DNA of 39,406 nucleotides from Fidelibacterota bacterium. GTDB taxonomy: Bacteria; Fidelibacterota; Fidelibacteria; Fidelibacterales; DSDE01. This document shows, in pieces, positions 1 through 10,441 of the stretch (within the stretch, counting starts at the first letter, position 1; every line of letters begins with the position of its first letter). The position numbers and the translations under genes are program-made. The stretch is taken from positions 1-39,406 of the forward strand of contig JBJKQR010000045.1 of assembly GCA_046735395.1 (NCBI GenBank), read 5' to 3'. The notes under the pieces are model-generated. The model searched no databases and had not been told where the DNA came from. It saw only the letters and a list, made by a program, of their open reading frames with translations.

Positions 1-69
1 GGGGTCATAAATAACGATACCGCAGAGTTGGGAAGAGCAGAAAATCCGGTGAATGAACAATCCGGCCAT
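1..69 (-). CDS. Possible 5' end of a divergent CDS running off the window (MAGLFIHRIFCSSQLCGIVIYDP...)
   Basis: ATG at 69-67 opens a frame to base 1, divergent from the 144 gene. Loosely resembles HemW/HemN starts (MAGxxIHxPFC) but has no full CxxxCxxC; only 23 codons visible. Confidence 0.3.
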   Translation of the reverse strand, partial: MAGLFIHRIFCSSQLCGIVIYDP

Positions 70-143
70 ATTTTGCTTCACCTTAACGAAAAAAGCCTTA
101 TATTATCCCCTGATGAAAACACTTAGAAAGGATTAATTTAATT

Positions 144-866
144 ATGAAGGCCCTGATTTATGTTATGACCCTGGCTGTATTGCTGAGTGGCTGTTCGAAG
201 AAGGATAAAGCTCCCGCATCTCTGGCCAGCGGCGGTGTATTCACCGGTGAAGTGATGGAAGTGATTGATGTGGATTCCTATACCTATATGAAAGTCAAGG
301 AATCGGACGGCGAGAAATGGGTGGCTGCTCCCTCCGTGGAAGTTGAAGAAGGCGCTCATATCTACTACCTGAATCCCATGGAAATGAAGAATTTTACCAG
401 CAAGACTCTGAACCGGACTTTCGACAGCGTCTATTTCATTAATAAAGCCTATTTTGACGAGAAGGAGCTGGCGAATGACAAGGCTGCCACGCCGACCGCC
501 GGACACGGTAAACAGATGAGTTCGGGTTCATCCAAGACCACGGACAAGGTTGCCGGCATCAGTGTGGCAAAAGCCGACGGTGGCTACAGTATTGCGGAAA
601 TTTATGAAAACTCCGTCAAGCTGAAGGATCAAAGCATTCTCGTACGCGGGAAGGTGGTCAAGTTCTCGCCCAATATCATGCAGCGGAACTGGGTGCATGT
701 GCAGGACGGAACAGACTTCGACGGCAAATATGATCTGACTATTACAACCGATGAGACACTCAACGTCGGTGATGAGGTTCTGTTCGAGGGTACACTGAAA
801 ACGGATGAAGATTTTGGTTACGGATATTACTATCCTGTTCTGCTGGAAAAAGCTGTAAAGAAATAA
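144..866 (+). CDS. Lipoprotein with two OB-fold-like domains (NrfJ-like / OB-fold nucleic-acid-binding family)
   Basis: Lipobox LLSGC; GEVMEVIDVDSYTY and VRGKVVKFSPNIMQRNWVHVQDGT motifs; AAGGA RBS upstream. Confidence 0.65.
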   Translation: MKALIYVMTLAVLLSGCSKKDKAPASLASGGVFTGEVMEVIDVDSYTYMKVKESDGEKWVAAPSVEVEEGAHIYYLNPMEMKNFTSKTLNRTFDSVYFINKAYFDEKELANDKAATPTAGHGKQMSSGSSKTTDKVAGISVAKADGGYSIAEIYENSVKLKDQSILVRGKVVKFSPNIMQRNWVHVQDGTDFDGKYDLTITTDETLNVGDEVLFEGTLKTDEDFGYGYYYPVLLEKAVKK

Positions 867-880
867 GAAACCGGAGCCCC

Positions 881-2581
881 TTGTTTTTTAGACTAAGCAG
901 ATTCAAAGCGCTACTCTGGCCGGCCCTGTTGCTGATGGCACTGCCCCTGCAGGCTGCCGGGACCGGAACGGAGGCACATGATTTCGGGATTCTGACCCTG
1001 CTGCCGCCATTGATCGCCATTATCCTGGCTTTTATCACAAAGAATGTTCTGGTCAGTCTGTCGCTGGGTGTGTTCAGCGGAACATTCATCCTGTCCTGGG
1101 TGAAGTATTCCCCGCTGAAGGCCGTTCTCTTCGCCTTCATCCATTTCACGGATACGGTACAGACAGTGATTGCCAATCCCTGGAATGCGGGGATTATCCT
1201 GCAGACGCTGACCATCGGCGGCCTGATCGCGCTCATCGCCTATATGGGCGGAGCAAGGGCCATTGCCGAATCCCTGGCAAAACGGGCCAAGTCACCCACC
1301 AGTGCCCAGATGTATACCTGGCTCATGGGGCTTTTCATCTTTTTTGATGATTATGCCAATGCATTGACGGTGGGACCCATCATGCGGCCGGTGACGGATA
1401 AAATGAAAATCAGCCGGGAAAAGCTGGCCTTCATCATTGATGCTACAGCCGCGCCCATAGCAGGAATTGCCCTTATTTCCACCTGGATCGGGTACGAGCT
1501 GGGTCTCATCCAGGACGGCTTCGATGCCCTGGGCGTTTCCGCCAATGCCTATGGTGTGTTTGTATCCACCATCCCCTTTCGATTCTACAATATTCTGATT
1601 CTCTTCTTTATACTGGCTTCCGCCTATATGCTGCGTGATTTCGGCCCCATGCTTGATGCGGAGAAACGGGCACGGCTGGAAAACAAGCCTCACCGCGATA
1701 ACGCGAAGCTTCTCAGTGATCTGGAAGAGGATCTCAAACCTGCCGAGGGAATCCAATACCGTGTATCTTCGGCTCTCATTCCCATTCTGACACTTATCCT
1801 TGCCGGATTCTTCGGCCTGTATTTCAACGGATACCTGTCCATACAGGGCGGAGAAAATGCTGAGCTGGCAGCCCTGGTGAAAGCCAGCCCCTTCAGCGGT
1901 TTCGCGATGCGGGAATGCTTCTCGGCCTCCTCCGCGGCCATCGTTCTCTTCCAGGCGGCGCTGCTGGCAAGCATCGTGAGTATGGCCATGGGAATGAAGC
2001 GGAAAATATTCACCCTCGAAAAAGCGGTGGAAATCTGGATCAAGGGCGTCAAATCCCTGGCCTTCACCATTCTCATTCTTGCCCTGGCCTGGTCTCTGTC
2101 CTCCGTAATCAAGGAACTGAAGACGGCCACCTATCTCGTGAATATTCTCGGTGACAGTCTGCCGGGCTTTGTTCTGCCTTCTGTCATATTTACACTGGGT
2201 GCCATTATCTCCTTTGCCACCGGCACCAGCTATGGAACCATGGGTATTCTCATGCCGCTGACCATTCCGCTGGCCTATGCGCTCAATCCGGATCCCGGTT
2301 TTCTCAGCCTGAGCATCGGAGCGGTTCTGACCGGCGCAATCTTCGGAGACCATTGTTCACCCATTTCCGATACGACCATTCTCTCATCCATGGGCGCTTC
2401 CTGCGACCATATTGACCATACCCGGACCCAACTTTTCTATGCCGTACCGGTTGGGCTTATATCCATATTCTTCGGTTATCTGCCCTCGGGATTGGGACTG
2501 CCGGCATGGCTGACGCTTCCTTTGGGAATGGCGGCTGTTCTGCTGTTGCTTCTTTTCAAAGGAAAAAAAATCGATGACTGA
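881..2581 (+). CDS. Na+/H+ antiporter NhaC family (amino-acid/ion transporter-like)
   Basis: Polytopic hydrophobic protein with FFDDYAN, SREKLAFIIDATAAP, SFATGTSYGT and GAIFGDHCSPISDTTILSS motifs; TTG start after GGAG. Confidence 0.9.
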   Translation: MFFRLSRFKALLWPALLLMALPLQAAGTGTEAHDFGILTLLPPLIAIILAFITKNVLVSLSLGVFSGTFILSWVKYSPLKAVLFAFIHFTDTVQTVIANPWNAGIILQTLTIGGLIALIAYMGGARAIAESLAKRAKSPTSAQMYTWLMGLFIFFDDYANALTVGPIMRPVTDKMKISREKLAFIIDATAAPIAGIALISTWIGYELGLIQDGFDALGVSANAYGVFVSTIPFRFYNILILFFILASAYMLRDFGPMLDAEKRARLENKPHRDNAKLLSDLEEDLKPAEGIQYRVSSALIPILTLILAGFFGLYFNGYLSIQGGENAELAALVKASPFSGFAMRECFSASSAAIVLFQAALLASIVSMAMGMKRKIFTLEKAVEIWIKGVKSLAFTILILALAWSLSSVIKELKTATYLVNILGDSLPGFVLPSVIFTLGAIISFATGTSYGTMGILMPLTIPLAYALNPDPGFLSLSIGAVLTGAIFGDHCSPISDTTILSSMGASCDHIDHTRTQLFYAVPVGLISIFFGYLPSGLGLPAWLTLPLGMAAVLLLLLFKGKKIDD

Positions 2582-2624
2582 CGAATTCTGTTCGCCTTAA
2601 TCCCCTGTTAATACGGAATTAAAG

Positions 2625-2655
2625 TTGCTCAAGCTCTGCAATTTGATTAAATTTG
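2625..2655 (+). promoter_or_regulatory. FCB-type primary-sigma promoter (TTG-N20-TAAATTTG)
   Basis: TTG 2625-2627, 20 nt spacer, TAAATTTG 2648-2655 matching the Bacteroidota -7 box TAnnTTTG; upstream of cpoB. Confidence 0.6.
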
Positions 2656-2690
2656 GCAAATGAAAAACTAATTTTATAAAGGATAATACC

Positions 2691-3524
2691 ATGAAAAGAG
2701 TGTTTACAATCCTTTTAGCCTTATCATTCGGCTGGCTGGCTTCCTGTTCCGGTTCTAAAAATGCTGTATCTCCTGAGCTTCGCAAGGAATTGGATGGCTA
2801 TAAAAATGCCATTACAAATCAGCAGAAAGAAATCGCAGATCTGAAGAAGCAGATGGACAGCGGTGCTCAGGGGGATCTGCAGTCCACCCTCAATGCCCTT
2901 CAGAATGATGTCAATACCAACAAGACCGATATTCGTCGTACACGGTCTGCTCTGAGTACGATTCAGAGTGCCGTGGAAGATATCCGCAAGGCTTCACCGC
3001 TCATTGATTCCACAAACCGGATCCTTCTGGACGATATTCAGCTGATGAAAAGCCAGCTGAATGAACTGAATGCGAAAATGGGCGGCTCAAGCAGCTTCTC
3101 ATCATCCCGTTCAGGCTCGTCATCGTCTTCAGGCACACGCGCCCTGTCTCCTCAGGAATTCAGAGCTGCCTATGTGAATACACTCAGTAAATGGCAGAAC
3201 GGCCGCTATGCCGAGGCACGGGCCGGATTTGCAGATCTGATCCGCTCCAACCCCAATGATGACCTGGCGGACAACGCTCAGTACTGGATCGGTGAAAGTT
3301 ATTACAAGGAAGGCAAATACGAGAAAGCCATCGTGGAATTCGAGAAAGTCTTCACCTACTCGGATCGCGGTAAATATGACGATGCCCAGTTCAAGCTGGG
3401 GCTCTGTTACCGCAAGATGGGCAACACCCGGAAGGCCCGGGATGAGTTCGAACGCCTCATCAATTACTACGGTGACAGTGAATATAAAGCGCAGGCCCAA
3501 AATATTCTAAGCAAGTTGAGATAA
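2691..3524 (+). CDS. cpoB: Tol-Pal-associated TPR protein CpoB/YbgF (lipoprotein)
   Basis: Lipobox LASC, coiled coil, Ser-rich linker, then C-terminal TPR with LADNAQYWIGESYY and DAQFKLG. Confidence 0.85.
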   Translation: MKRVFTILLALSFGWLASCSGSKNAVSPELRKELDGYKNAITNQQKEIADLKKQMDSGAQGDLQSTLNALQNDVNTNKTDIRRTRSALSTIQSAVEDIRKASPLIDSTNRILLDDIQLMKSQLNELNAKMGGSSSFSSSRSGSSSSSGTRALSPQEFRAAYVNTLSKWQNGRYAEARAGFADLIRSNPNDDLADNAQYWIGESYYKEGKYEKAIVEFEKVFTYSDRGKYDDAQFKLGLCYRKMGNTRKARDEFERLINYYGDSEYKAQAQNILSKLR

Positions 3525-3525
3525 T

Positions 3526-4368
3526 ATGGCTTTGAAACTATACGGTTTGTCCGCACATATCAATGCTTTTTCCCCGGAGACACTCACCGGGGAATTTTTT
3601 CGTAGCGTCTCAAAAGTTTTCAATGAAAATAAGATCGATGTTCGTCTGTTCATGCCCAAGTATGGAGCGATCTCCGACCGGAAGTTCATTCTCCGCGAAG
3701 TGATTCGTCTGAAGGAGATTCCGGTGATGGTTGCCGATGAGGAAATTGTCACATCCGTGAAATCCGCCTTCATCCCCGATACGAAAGTGCAGACCTATTT
3801 TGTGGTGTATCCGCCTTATTTCAAGAAATTCGTAGCCCCCTTCGGCCGGAATTTTAATCCATCGGATTATGAAAAATTTGACGAATCCATGTTGCTTTTC
3901 AATATTACGGGAATGCGGACACTGGAATATCTGTACTGGAAGCCGGATCTGATTTTTGCAGCAAACTGGCATTCTGCCCTGTCTCCCATTCTGCTGGCGA
4001 CGCGCTACGCGGACAATGAGTGGTATGCCCAGTCCAAATCGGTTCTGGTCCTGAGCAGTGACGAACCTTTCCGGGCCTTCAGTCCGGATGTACTGAAAGC
4101 ATTCGGAGTCAGTGATGCGGACTATGATATCAGCAAGCCTCTGGAATATCTGAAAGCCTCCATCCGGCACGCATCTGCCGTGCTGATCATGAATGTTGCC
4201 GGAGAAAAGGACGAATTGAAGGACTTGCTGGCGGATTCAGACGTGAAAAAATTGTTGAAGTCGAAGGGGGAACTTTTTAAAACCGTAACCATTGAAAAGC
4301 CCGATGAAGAAGAAACCTGGGGATATCTTGCACAGGATTTTTATCAATTTCTCGAATCGATTCAATAA
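3526..4368 (+). CDS. Glycogen/starch synthase N-terminal domain-only protein (GT5-like)
   Basis: DVRLFMPKYGAI and WKPDLIFAANWHSAL motifs; only 280 aa; no KxGGL motif and no C-terminal GT domain. Confidence 0.75.
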   Translation: MALKLYGLSAHINAFSPETLTGEFFRSVSKVFNENKIDVRLFMPKYGAISDRKFILREVIRLKEIPVMVADEEIVTSVKSAFIPDTKVQTYFVVYPPYFKKFVAPFGRNFNPSDYEKFDESMLLFNITGMRTLEYLYWKPDLIFAANWHSALSPILLATRYADNEWYAQSKSVLVLSSDEPFRAFSPDVLKAFGVSDADYDISKPLEYLKASIRHASAVLIMNVAGEKDELKDLLADSDVKKLLKSKGELFKTVTIEKPDEEETWGYLAQDFYQFLESIQ

Positions 4369-4403
4369 ACGATCTGCAACCGTTCCAACAACTTGAGTAA
4401 AAT

Positions 4404-5594
4404 ATGTATTTGAAATCACGACATGTGAAAATGCTGCCGTTTGTCATGGGACTTGTCCTTTTGGCCTCCTGCGATCTGAAGGAAATCACCTCTGATGCGG
4501 GCCCGCAGCTGGTGGAACAGTATTCCATCACTGTGGATTCATCGCTTGTTCAGGGAATCACCTCGAAGCACAGCTCAGCCACCAATGCCTACGGCGAGGC
4601 CCTTCATTGCGGCCATTACAAAGGTGTCAGCAATCAGGTTCTGCTCCAATTTTCCTATCTGTATGATCTGGATTATTATCCGGATTCCGTCAGCTACCGT
4701 ATCGACAAGGCCGACCTGGTTCTTACAAACTATAAACGCTGGCCGGCAGACGGAGTGCAGCCGACGGTCACTGTAAGCCTGCTCGGTGAGGACAGTCTGT
4801 CCATTTGGAGCAGCAGCAGTGATATTGACAGCCTCTGGACAGATATTACATCCGGCGCTGTTCCGCTGTCATCAACCTGCGAGGAGACAGGGACGGAAAC
4901 GATTTTTCATCTGGGAACTGATATGGTGGCAGCCATTGAAAGCTGGCATGACGGCGGCGTCAATACCGGACTGCTGCTGAGCCCTCTGGACGGTGAGAAT
5001 GGAATGCAGGCCTGGTACAGCCGGGACTACAGCACCGCGGATTATTCCGTCAAACTGAAACTCTTCTGTACTCTGCTCGATACGGCAGACGGAACAACTC
5101 CCGTTTATTATGATACGCTGTCCATCGCCACAACAGCCGATGTGACCTATTCCACGACCGACCGACCACTTCCTGTAAATACACTGGCCGCAGAAGCCGG
5201 AACCATTATCGAATCCTCATTTGCAGTGGATTCTCTGAAATCACTCCTGCCCGGGGATGCGGTTATCAGCTCTGCTGAAATGACCATTCCGGTTACATCG
5301 ATGGACATCGAGCCGAACGACACCGTGATGGTCTATCTGCAGCTGAGCAAGGATGACGGCAGCGGTACGTATACGGCTGTGAGCGGAATGCTGGCTTCGG
5401 ATACTCTGACGGCCGATGTTACTTCCCTGCGATTTTCTCTGGCGGTTCCCCTGCAGTATCTGATCGGTGGCGGCCGCGGCAGTCATGAGAGACTGTTCCT
5501 GCGTTTTGCAGACGAATACAATACTTATTCACGTCTTCAGCTGAACCGGAGTGGATTCAGCCTGGACCTGTTTTATACTGAATTGGGGCTGTAA
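4404..5594 (+). CDS. Beta-rich outer-membrane lipoprotein (possibly DUF4270-like)
   Basis: Lipobox LLASC; S/T/D-rich beta composition; ends LDLFYT; follows a half glycogen synthase as DUF4270 genes do in Bacteroidota. Confidence 0.55.
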   Translation: MYLKSRHVKMLPFVMGLVLLASCDLKEITSDAGPQLVEQYSITVDSSLVQGITSKHSSATNAYGEALHCGHYKGVSNQVLLQFSYLYDLDYYPDSVSYRIDKADLVLTNYKRWPADGVQPTVTVSLLGEDSLSIWSSSSDIDSLWTDITSGAVPLSSTCEETGTETIFHLGTDMVAAIESWHDGGVNTGLLLSPLDGENGMQAWYSRDYSTADYSVKLKLFCTLLDTADGTTPVYYDTLSIATTADVTYSTTDRPLPVNTLAAEAGTIIESSFAVDSLKSLLPGDAVISSAEMTIPVTSMDIEPNDTVMVYLQLSKDDGSGTYTAVSGMLASDTLTADVTSLRFSLAVPLQYLIGGGRGSHERLFLRFADEYNTYSRLQLNRSGFSLDLFYTELGL

Positions 5595-5596
5595 CC

Positions 5597-6850
5597 GTGA
5601 AAAAAATATTATCAATTCTTATTATAAGCGTAGTTGCCGGGTTGGAAACGACCGCATCTGCCGGTATTTTTGATCTCTATGGCACTGGCCGGACGGAATA
5701 CGGATACGGAGTGATGTCATCTACCCGGGGATACACAGGCATCGCCGTGATGGACAGTATGGAAACGGGAATGATCAATCCCGCTTCCGCCGGATTGAAT
5801 GCCGGTACAGGGTTTGAAATCGGGCTCAATGCCGGTGTTGACATGATATCCGGGATCGGATACAGCGCCCAGCGGCAGGGCTTTGATTACGTTGCCTTCA
5901 ATGTTCCGGCCGGCAGAAAAAACGGCCTGCGCTTCTCGCTGCAGCCCATTTCCTATGCCAATGCCGCTCTCACCACCCATCGTACGGATCTGTCCGCCGA
6001 TGAACATTACAGTTTCGACGGATCTGTCTATGCCCTGTCTGTCGGATTTGCCCGCCGCTTCAACGAAAAAATCAGCGCCGGACTGACTCTGGCTTCCCTG
6101 CTCGGAGGCTATGAACTTCAGCATGATGTAACCTTCGATAATACGTCTCTTCTGGATGTCCACAGCACATTCAGCTCTGGTGTGGACGGACGCCGCATCG
6201 GCGCCGGACTTGTCTATTCTCCCTTACCGTCGCTCTCCGTGGGTATCACAGCGGAGACAGTCTACAAGTTTAAGAGCCGTACTCTGAGACGGCGTTCCTC
6301 CGGGTCCTATTCGTCGTCCGTTTTTGCTCCCGCGGATACTCTCATTTCCGACCAGTCCGTCTTTCCCGCCCGGGCCGGCATCGGGGTCGCCTATAGCCTG
6401 TCACCGTCCCTACGCCTTACGGGAGACTTTATCGGACTGAGTGCACCGGAGGGATTACTGCCGGGACAGTTCGGGATGATTACTGCATCCTCCGCGGCAA
6501 CGACGGGACATCATATCGGGATCGGACTGGAGAAAACAGGCCAATCCGGCCGTTACGGAAGCTATTTCGAACGTATGACCCTGCGTAGCGGTTTCTATTC
6601 GGACGCATCACCCATGACCCGTGAAAACGGTATGGAATCCGCGTCCATGGGGCTGACTTTCGGACTGGGCCTGCCTTTCAATAACGGGAATTCCCGTTTT
6701 GATCTGGGCGTGGATCTGGGACGCAGCAGGGGAACGATTTATAATACCACTGTGCCCAATGGAGAAGCTTTTGATGAAAATTACGTCAAAATCCATTTCT
6801 CTTTTTCGTCTTTCGACCGCTGGTTCAATACAAAAGGCAAATATCGTTAA
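5597..6850 (+). CDS. Outer-membrane beta-barrel protein (FadL/OmpP1-like)
   Basis: GTG start, signal peptide, GxxGIA...INPAS hatch motif, alternating beta strands, C-terminal FDRWF. Confidence 0.7.
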   Translation: MKKILSILIISVVAGLETTASAGIFDLYGTGRTEYGYGVMSSTRGYTGIAVMDSMETGMINPASAGLNAGTGFEIGLNAGVDMISGIGYSAQRQGFDYVAFNVPAGRKNGLRFSLQPISYANAALTTHRTDLSADEHYSFDGSVYALSVGFARRFNEKISAGLTLASLLGGYELQHDVTFDNTSLLDVHSTFSSGVDGRRIGAGLVYSPLPSLSVGITAETVYKFKSRTLRRRSSGSYSSSVFAPADTLISDQSVFPARAGIGVAYSLSPSLRLTGDFIGLSAPEGLLPGQFGMITASSAATTGHHIGIGLEKTGQSGRYGSYFERMTLRSGFYSDASPMTRENGMESASMGLTFGLGLPFNNGNSRFDLGVDLGRSRGTIYNTTVPNGEAFDENYVKIHFSFSSFDRWFNTKGKYR

Positions 6851-6881
6851 TTAAACTGTTAATAAAATAAGGAAGATTCTC

Positions 6882-8174
6882 ATGTTCAGAGAGAAGAAAA
6901 CCCGTTCATTACTGATCGCAGCAAGCATGGCTGCCGTAATGATGTCGCTTTTTACATACTGTGTGCCTGCAGGGCAGAGCCAGGAAGAATTTCTGGCCGT
7001 TCAGAAGGCTAGACGAGACTCCCTGCGGCGAGTGAATCATAACAAATGTGAATTCAAACTGAGTAATGCAGATCAGTACAAACTGCAGGAAAACTGGTCG
7101 AAAGCCATTGAAAATTATCGGGCGGTCATCGATCTGGGCTGTGCTGAAGATTTCTGGAATCCCCTTTACGAGGACATGGCGCTCTGCTATTTCAAGGAAA
7201 ATAAGGTTGATTCAGCAGCCTGGTCCATTGAGGAAGGCCTGTTGTACAATAACAGCGACCGCCATATGCTCGAGGTCCTTGCCTATTATAAACACGATGA
7301 TATCGCTAAACAGATCGAAATCTGGAATCATATCAATACCCTGTATCCGGGTGAATCGGAAACCCTGTTCAAGCTGGCGGATCTCTACGCCACACAGGGA
7401 AATTTCGATGCCCAGATTGAAATGCTGGATAGAGTCCTGGCGATTGATCCCGCCAATACCAAAGCGGACCAGGCAATTATCAAGGCCTATAAGGACAGCG
7501 GTCGGGATCCGCTGGAACGCTACGCTTCCGCCTGGGAAAACGATAAAATGAACGCCAGTAACGCCTACCAGTACAGTAAGGAACTGTTTGACCGCGGTGA
7601 ATTGAAAACCGCTCTGGAAGTGCTCAAGCAGGCCGCCACTCTGCACTCGGGCAACCGGAATATCGAGGAGCTTCTGGCCCAGGCCTATGAACAGGATTTT
7701 CAGATGGATCAGGCGTTGATCGTCTATCAGGATCTGGCTGCGAAATATCCCGCTGACCAGACTCTTGTCCTGAAGGTAGTAAAACTTCTTACCGATGCCG
7801 GGCAGTTTCAGGAAGCTCTGAAAGTTGCTGAAAAAGCAGTTGTTACCACACCGGCAAACGGACAGGCTCTGGCAGCCCGCGGTGACATCTATTATGCTGC
7901 CGCTGAAAATTGTTCAGCCGGCAAGAATAAACTCGATTTCAATGACAAACTCGTTTACCATATGGCCTACGAAGATTACCGGGACGCGATGGAGCAGGGA
8001 AACTCCATGGTGGGAGCCAAACTGAATTTTCTGAAGAATCCCAATAATTCCATGATCATCTCCAGCAAGAGTGACTATTTTCTGGCAAGTGAAGCCAACA
8101 AGGTCAATTCAAAAACATTCAAGGTAATTGGAGACTGCTATTCGTGGATAACGCGGACCGTAACTGTCAAATAG
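6882..8174 (+). CDS. TPR-repeat protein, probable lipoprotein
   Basis: Hydrophobic N-terminus ending FTYC; several TPR-like repeats (LADLYATQGNFDAQIEMLDRVLAIDPAN); AAGGA RBS. Confidence 0.75.
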   Translation: MFREKKTRSLLIAASMAAVMMSLFTYCVPAGQSQEEFLAVQKARRDSLRRVNHNKCEFKLSNADQYKLQENWSKAIENYRAVIDLGCAEDFWNPLYEDMALCYFKENKVDSAAWSIEEGLLYNNSDRHMLEVLAYYKHDDIAKQIEIWNHINTLYPGESETLFKLADLYATQGNFDAQIEMLDRVLAIDPANTKADQAIIKAYKDSGRDPLERYASAWENDKMNASNAYQYSKELFDRGELKTALEVLKQAATLHSGNRNIEELLAQAYEQDFQMDQALIVYQDLAAKYPADQTLVLKVVKLLTDAGQFQEALKVAEKAVVTTPANGQALAARGDIYYAAAENCSAGKNKLDFNDKLVYHMAYEDYRDAMEQGNSMVGAKLNFLKNPNNSMIISSKSDYFLASEANKVNSKTFKVIGDCYSWITRTVTVK

Positions 8175-8608
8175 TTTTCCTGGCATCGGATCATGGCGGC
8201 TTTGACGGAAAACAGGCTGTCATAAAGACCTTGAAGGAGCTGGACATCCTCTACGAGGATCTGGGGTGTTTCAGCTCCGAAAGTACGGATTATCCGGACT
8301 GGGGCGTGGCAGCGGGACAGCGGGTGGCGAAGAGTCCCGGAAGCTGCGGAATCATTCTCTGCGGAACGGGAATCGGGATCTCCATCGCCGCCAATAAGGT
8401 CGCAGGAATCCGGGCTGCTCTCTGTACGTCCGTTCATCATGTGGAAATGGCCCGGCGTCACAATGATGCCAATATTCTTGCCATGGGCGGCCGTGTGTCG
8501 TCCCCCGATGAAATCGACGCCATGGTCAGAGCCTGGTTCACGTTTTCATTCGACGGCGGCCGTCATCAGCGCCGCATCGATAAAATCCACAAACTTACAG
8601 GATGTTGA
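8144..8608 (+). CDS. rpiB: Ribose-5-phosphate isomerase B
   Basis: [32 protein letters not shown] and GGRHQRR motifs; GTG start after GGAG (8131), overlapping the TPR gene by 31 nt. Confidence 0.95.
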   Translation: MDNADRNCQIVFLASDHGGFDGKQAVIKTLKELDILYEDLGCFSSESTDYPDWGVAAGQRVAKSPGSCGIILCGTGIGISIAANKVAGIRAALCTSVHHVEMARRHNDANILAMGGRVSSPDEIDAMVRAWFTFSFDGGRHQRRIDKIHKLTGC

Positions 8609-8609
8609 C

Positions 8610-9914
8610 ATGTTTGAAAATCTGAAAGCTCAGGATCCGGAGGTTTTTCGGACCTTGAAAAATGAGGTTCATCGGCAGAATGCAACGCTGGAAATGATTG
8701 CCTCGGAAAATTTTGTCAGTGATGCGGTTCTGGAAGCAACCGGGAATGTCATGACCAATAAGTACGCCGAGGGATATCCGGGAAACCGCTATTACGGCGG
8801 CTGTGAAAATGTGGATGAAGTGGAGAATATCGCCCGCGACCGGGCAAAGGAACTCTTCGGCTGTGATTACGCCAATGTGCAGCCCCACAGCGGATCGCAG
8901 GCGAATATGGCGGTCTATTTCAATTATATCAAGCCGGGTGACACGGTGCTCGGAATGGATCTCGCCCATGGCGGCCATCTGACTCACGGCTCACCGGTGA
9001 ATTTCAGCGGAAAGCTCTATAATATCGTCAGTTATGGTGTAAATCGGGAAACAGGCCGCATTGATTTTGACGATGTGGCAGCCAAAGCGCTCGAACATAA
9101 ACCGAAACTGATTATTGTGGGCGGATCCGCCTACCCGCGTTTTTATGAATTTGAAAAATTCAGGGAAATCGCGGACCGGGTCGGTGCTTTTCTGATGGCC
9201 GATATCGCCCATCCGGCAGGCCTGGTGGCGGCCAAACTGCATCCCGATCCCATGCCCTGGTGTGATGTGGTCACGACCACCACGCACAAGACACTGCGCG
9301 GCCCCCGTGGCGGCATGGTGCTCATCGGCAAAGACCGTGAAAATCCCTTCGGCCTGACGGCGGCTAAATCCGGACGCGTAAAAATGATGTCCGAACTGCT
9401 GGATACGACTGTGATGCCCGGTATTCAGGGCGGCCCGCTCATGCATACCATCGCAGCCAAGGCGGTTGCCTTCGGTGAAGCGCTGAAACCCTCCTTCCGG
9501 GATTACGCTGCAAAAATCATTTCGAATGCGGCGGTTCTCGCTGAATCTCTCATGAAGTATGACTTTAATCTGGTATCGGGCGGAACAGATAATCACCTGA
9601 TTTTAGTTGATCTGAGCAACAGGGATATTTCCGGAAAGAAAGCGGAACGCTGTCTGGAAGATGCGGGAATTACCGTAAATAAGAATATGGTACCCTTTGA
9701 TACGCGGAGTCCCTTCGTAACCAGCGGAATCCGTCTGGGAACGGCCGCTCTGACGACGCGCGGTTTCGGCAATGAGGAAATGCGACAGATCGCAAGATTC
9801 ATCGATCGTGTTCTCCGTAATCCTGACGATGAAAAAACCGTTAAATCCGTGCGGGGTGAGATTGCCGAACTTTCGGCCCGCTACCCTCTGTACGGGTATC
9901 TGCTGGGTGACTGA
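8610..9914 (+). CDS. glyA: Serine hydroxymethyltransferase
   Basis: [38 protein letters not shown] (PLP lysine). Start moved from the track's 8439 to ATG 8610, just after the rpiB stop. Confidence 0.97.
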   Translation: MFENLKAQDPEVFRTLKNEVHRQNATLEMIASENFVSDAVLEATGNVMTNKYAEGYPGNRYYGGCENVDEVENIARDRAKELFGCDYANVQPHSGSQANMAVYFNYIKPGDTVLGMDLAHGGHLTHGSPVNFSGKLYNIVSYGVNRETGRIDFDDVAAKALEHKPKLIIVGGSAYPRFYEFEKFREIADRVGAFLMADIAHPAGLVAAKLHPDPMPWCDVVTTTTHKTLRGPRGGMVLIGKDRENPFGLTAAKSGRVKMMSELLDTTVMPGIQGGPLMHTIAAKAVAFGEALKPSFRDYAAKIISNAAVLAESLMKYDFNLVSGGTDNHLILVDLSNRDISGKKAERCLEDAGITVNKNMVPFDTRSPFVTSGIRLGTAALTTRGFGNEEMRQIARFIDRVLRNPDDEKTVKSVRGEIAELSARYPLYGYLLGD

Positions 9915-9916
9915 GA

Positions 9917-10372
9917 TTGAGATGTCCGAAATGCAGCAGCCCGGATCATAATGTCATAGATTCCAGGGCTATCAGCAAATCCAACGGAATCCGCCGCCGC
10001 CGCGAATGCATTCAGTGCGGGACACGCTTTACTACTTATGAATATGTGAGCCTCGCGCCGGTTCTGGTTATAAAGAGCAATGGAAATCGTGAGGAATTCA
10101 ACCGGGAAAAACTGGTTCGCAGCATCCAGGCTCCCTGTGTCAAGCGTCCCGTGTCTCATAAGAAAATTGAAGAAATCGCGGATGTTATTGAGAAATATAT
10201 ACAGTCCCTCGGCGAAGCCGAAATTCCCAGTCCGGTGATCGGAGAGGCTGTGATGAGTCATTTGAGAGAAATCGATAAAGTGGCCTATATCCGCTTTGCA
10301 TCCATTTATCGGGAATTTCAGGATGTAACCGAATTCCGTGAGGAAATTGACATTCTGGAGAATAACACCTGA
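9917..10372 (+). CDS. nrdR: Transcriptional repressor NrdR
   Basis: CPKC...VIDSR...RRRRECIQC zinc ribbon, RFTTYE, ATP cone, VAYIRFASIYREF. Confidence 0.96.
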   Translation: MRCPKCSSPDHNVIDSRAISKSNGIRRRRECIQCGTRFTTYEYVSLAPVLVIKSNGNREEFNREKLVRSIQAPCVKRPVSHKKIEEIADVIEKYIQSLGEAEIPSPVIGEAVMSHLREIDKVAYIRFASIYREFQDVTEFREEIDILENNT

Positions 10373-10441
10373 TTTTTGAAAAAACGGTAAAGAATTCTGC
10401 AGAATTGCCGAAGATACCAGATAGAGCAGGGAAAGGAGTTA

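Noticed and set aside
1292..2353. Long alternative ORFs (also 26915..27934, 34994..36106, 38337..39317)
   Set aside because: Antisense shadows of well-supported genes, with no recognisable motifs.
3082..3135. Ser/Gly-rich low-complexity run in cpoB
   Set aside because: Ordinary flexible linker with mixed codons; not a DNA tandem repeat.
8439..8609. 57-aa N-terminal extension of GlyA in the ORF track
   Set aside because: It overlaps rpiB in another frame; GlyA homology starts at ATG 8610.
8597..8620. rpiB ends TGC-UGA (amino acids T-G-C then stop), superficially like a GCU selenoprotein tail
   Set aside because: RpiB is complete at this point, glyA starts 1 nt later, and I see no SECIS-like hairpin.
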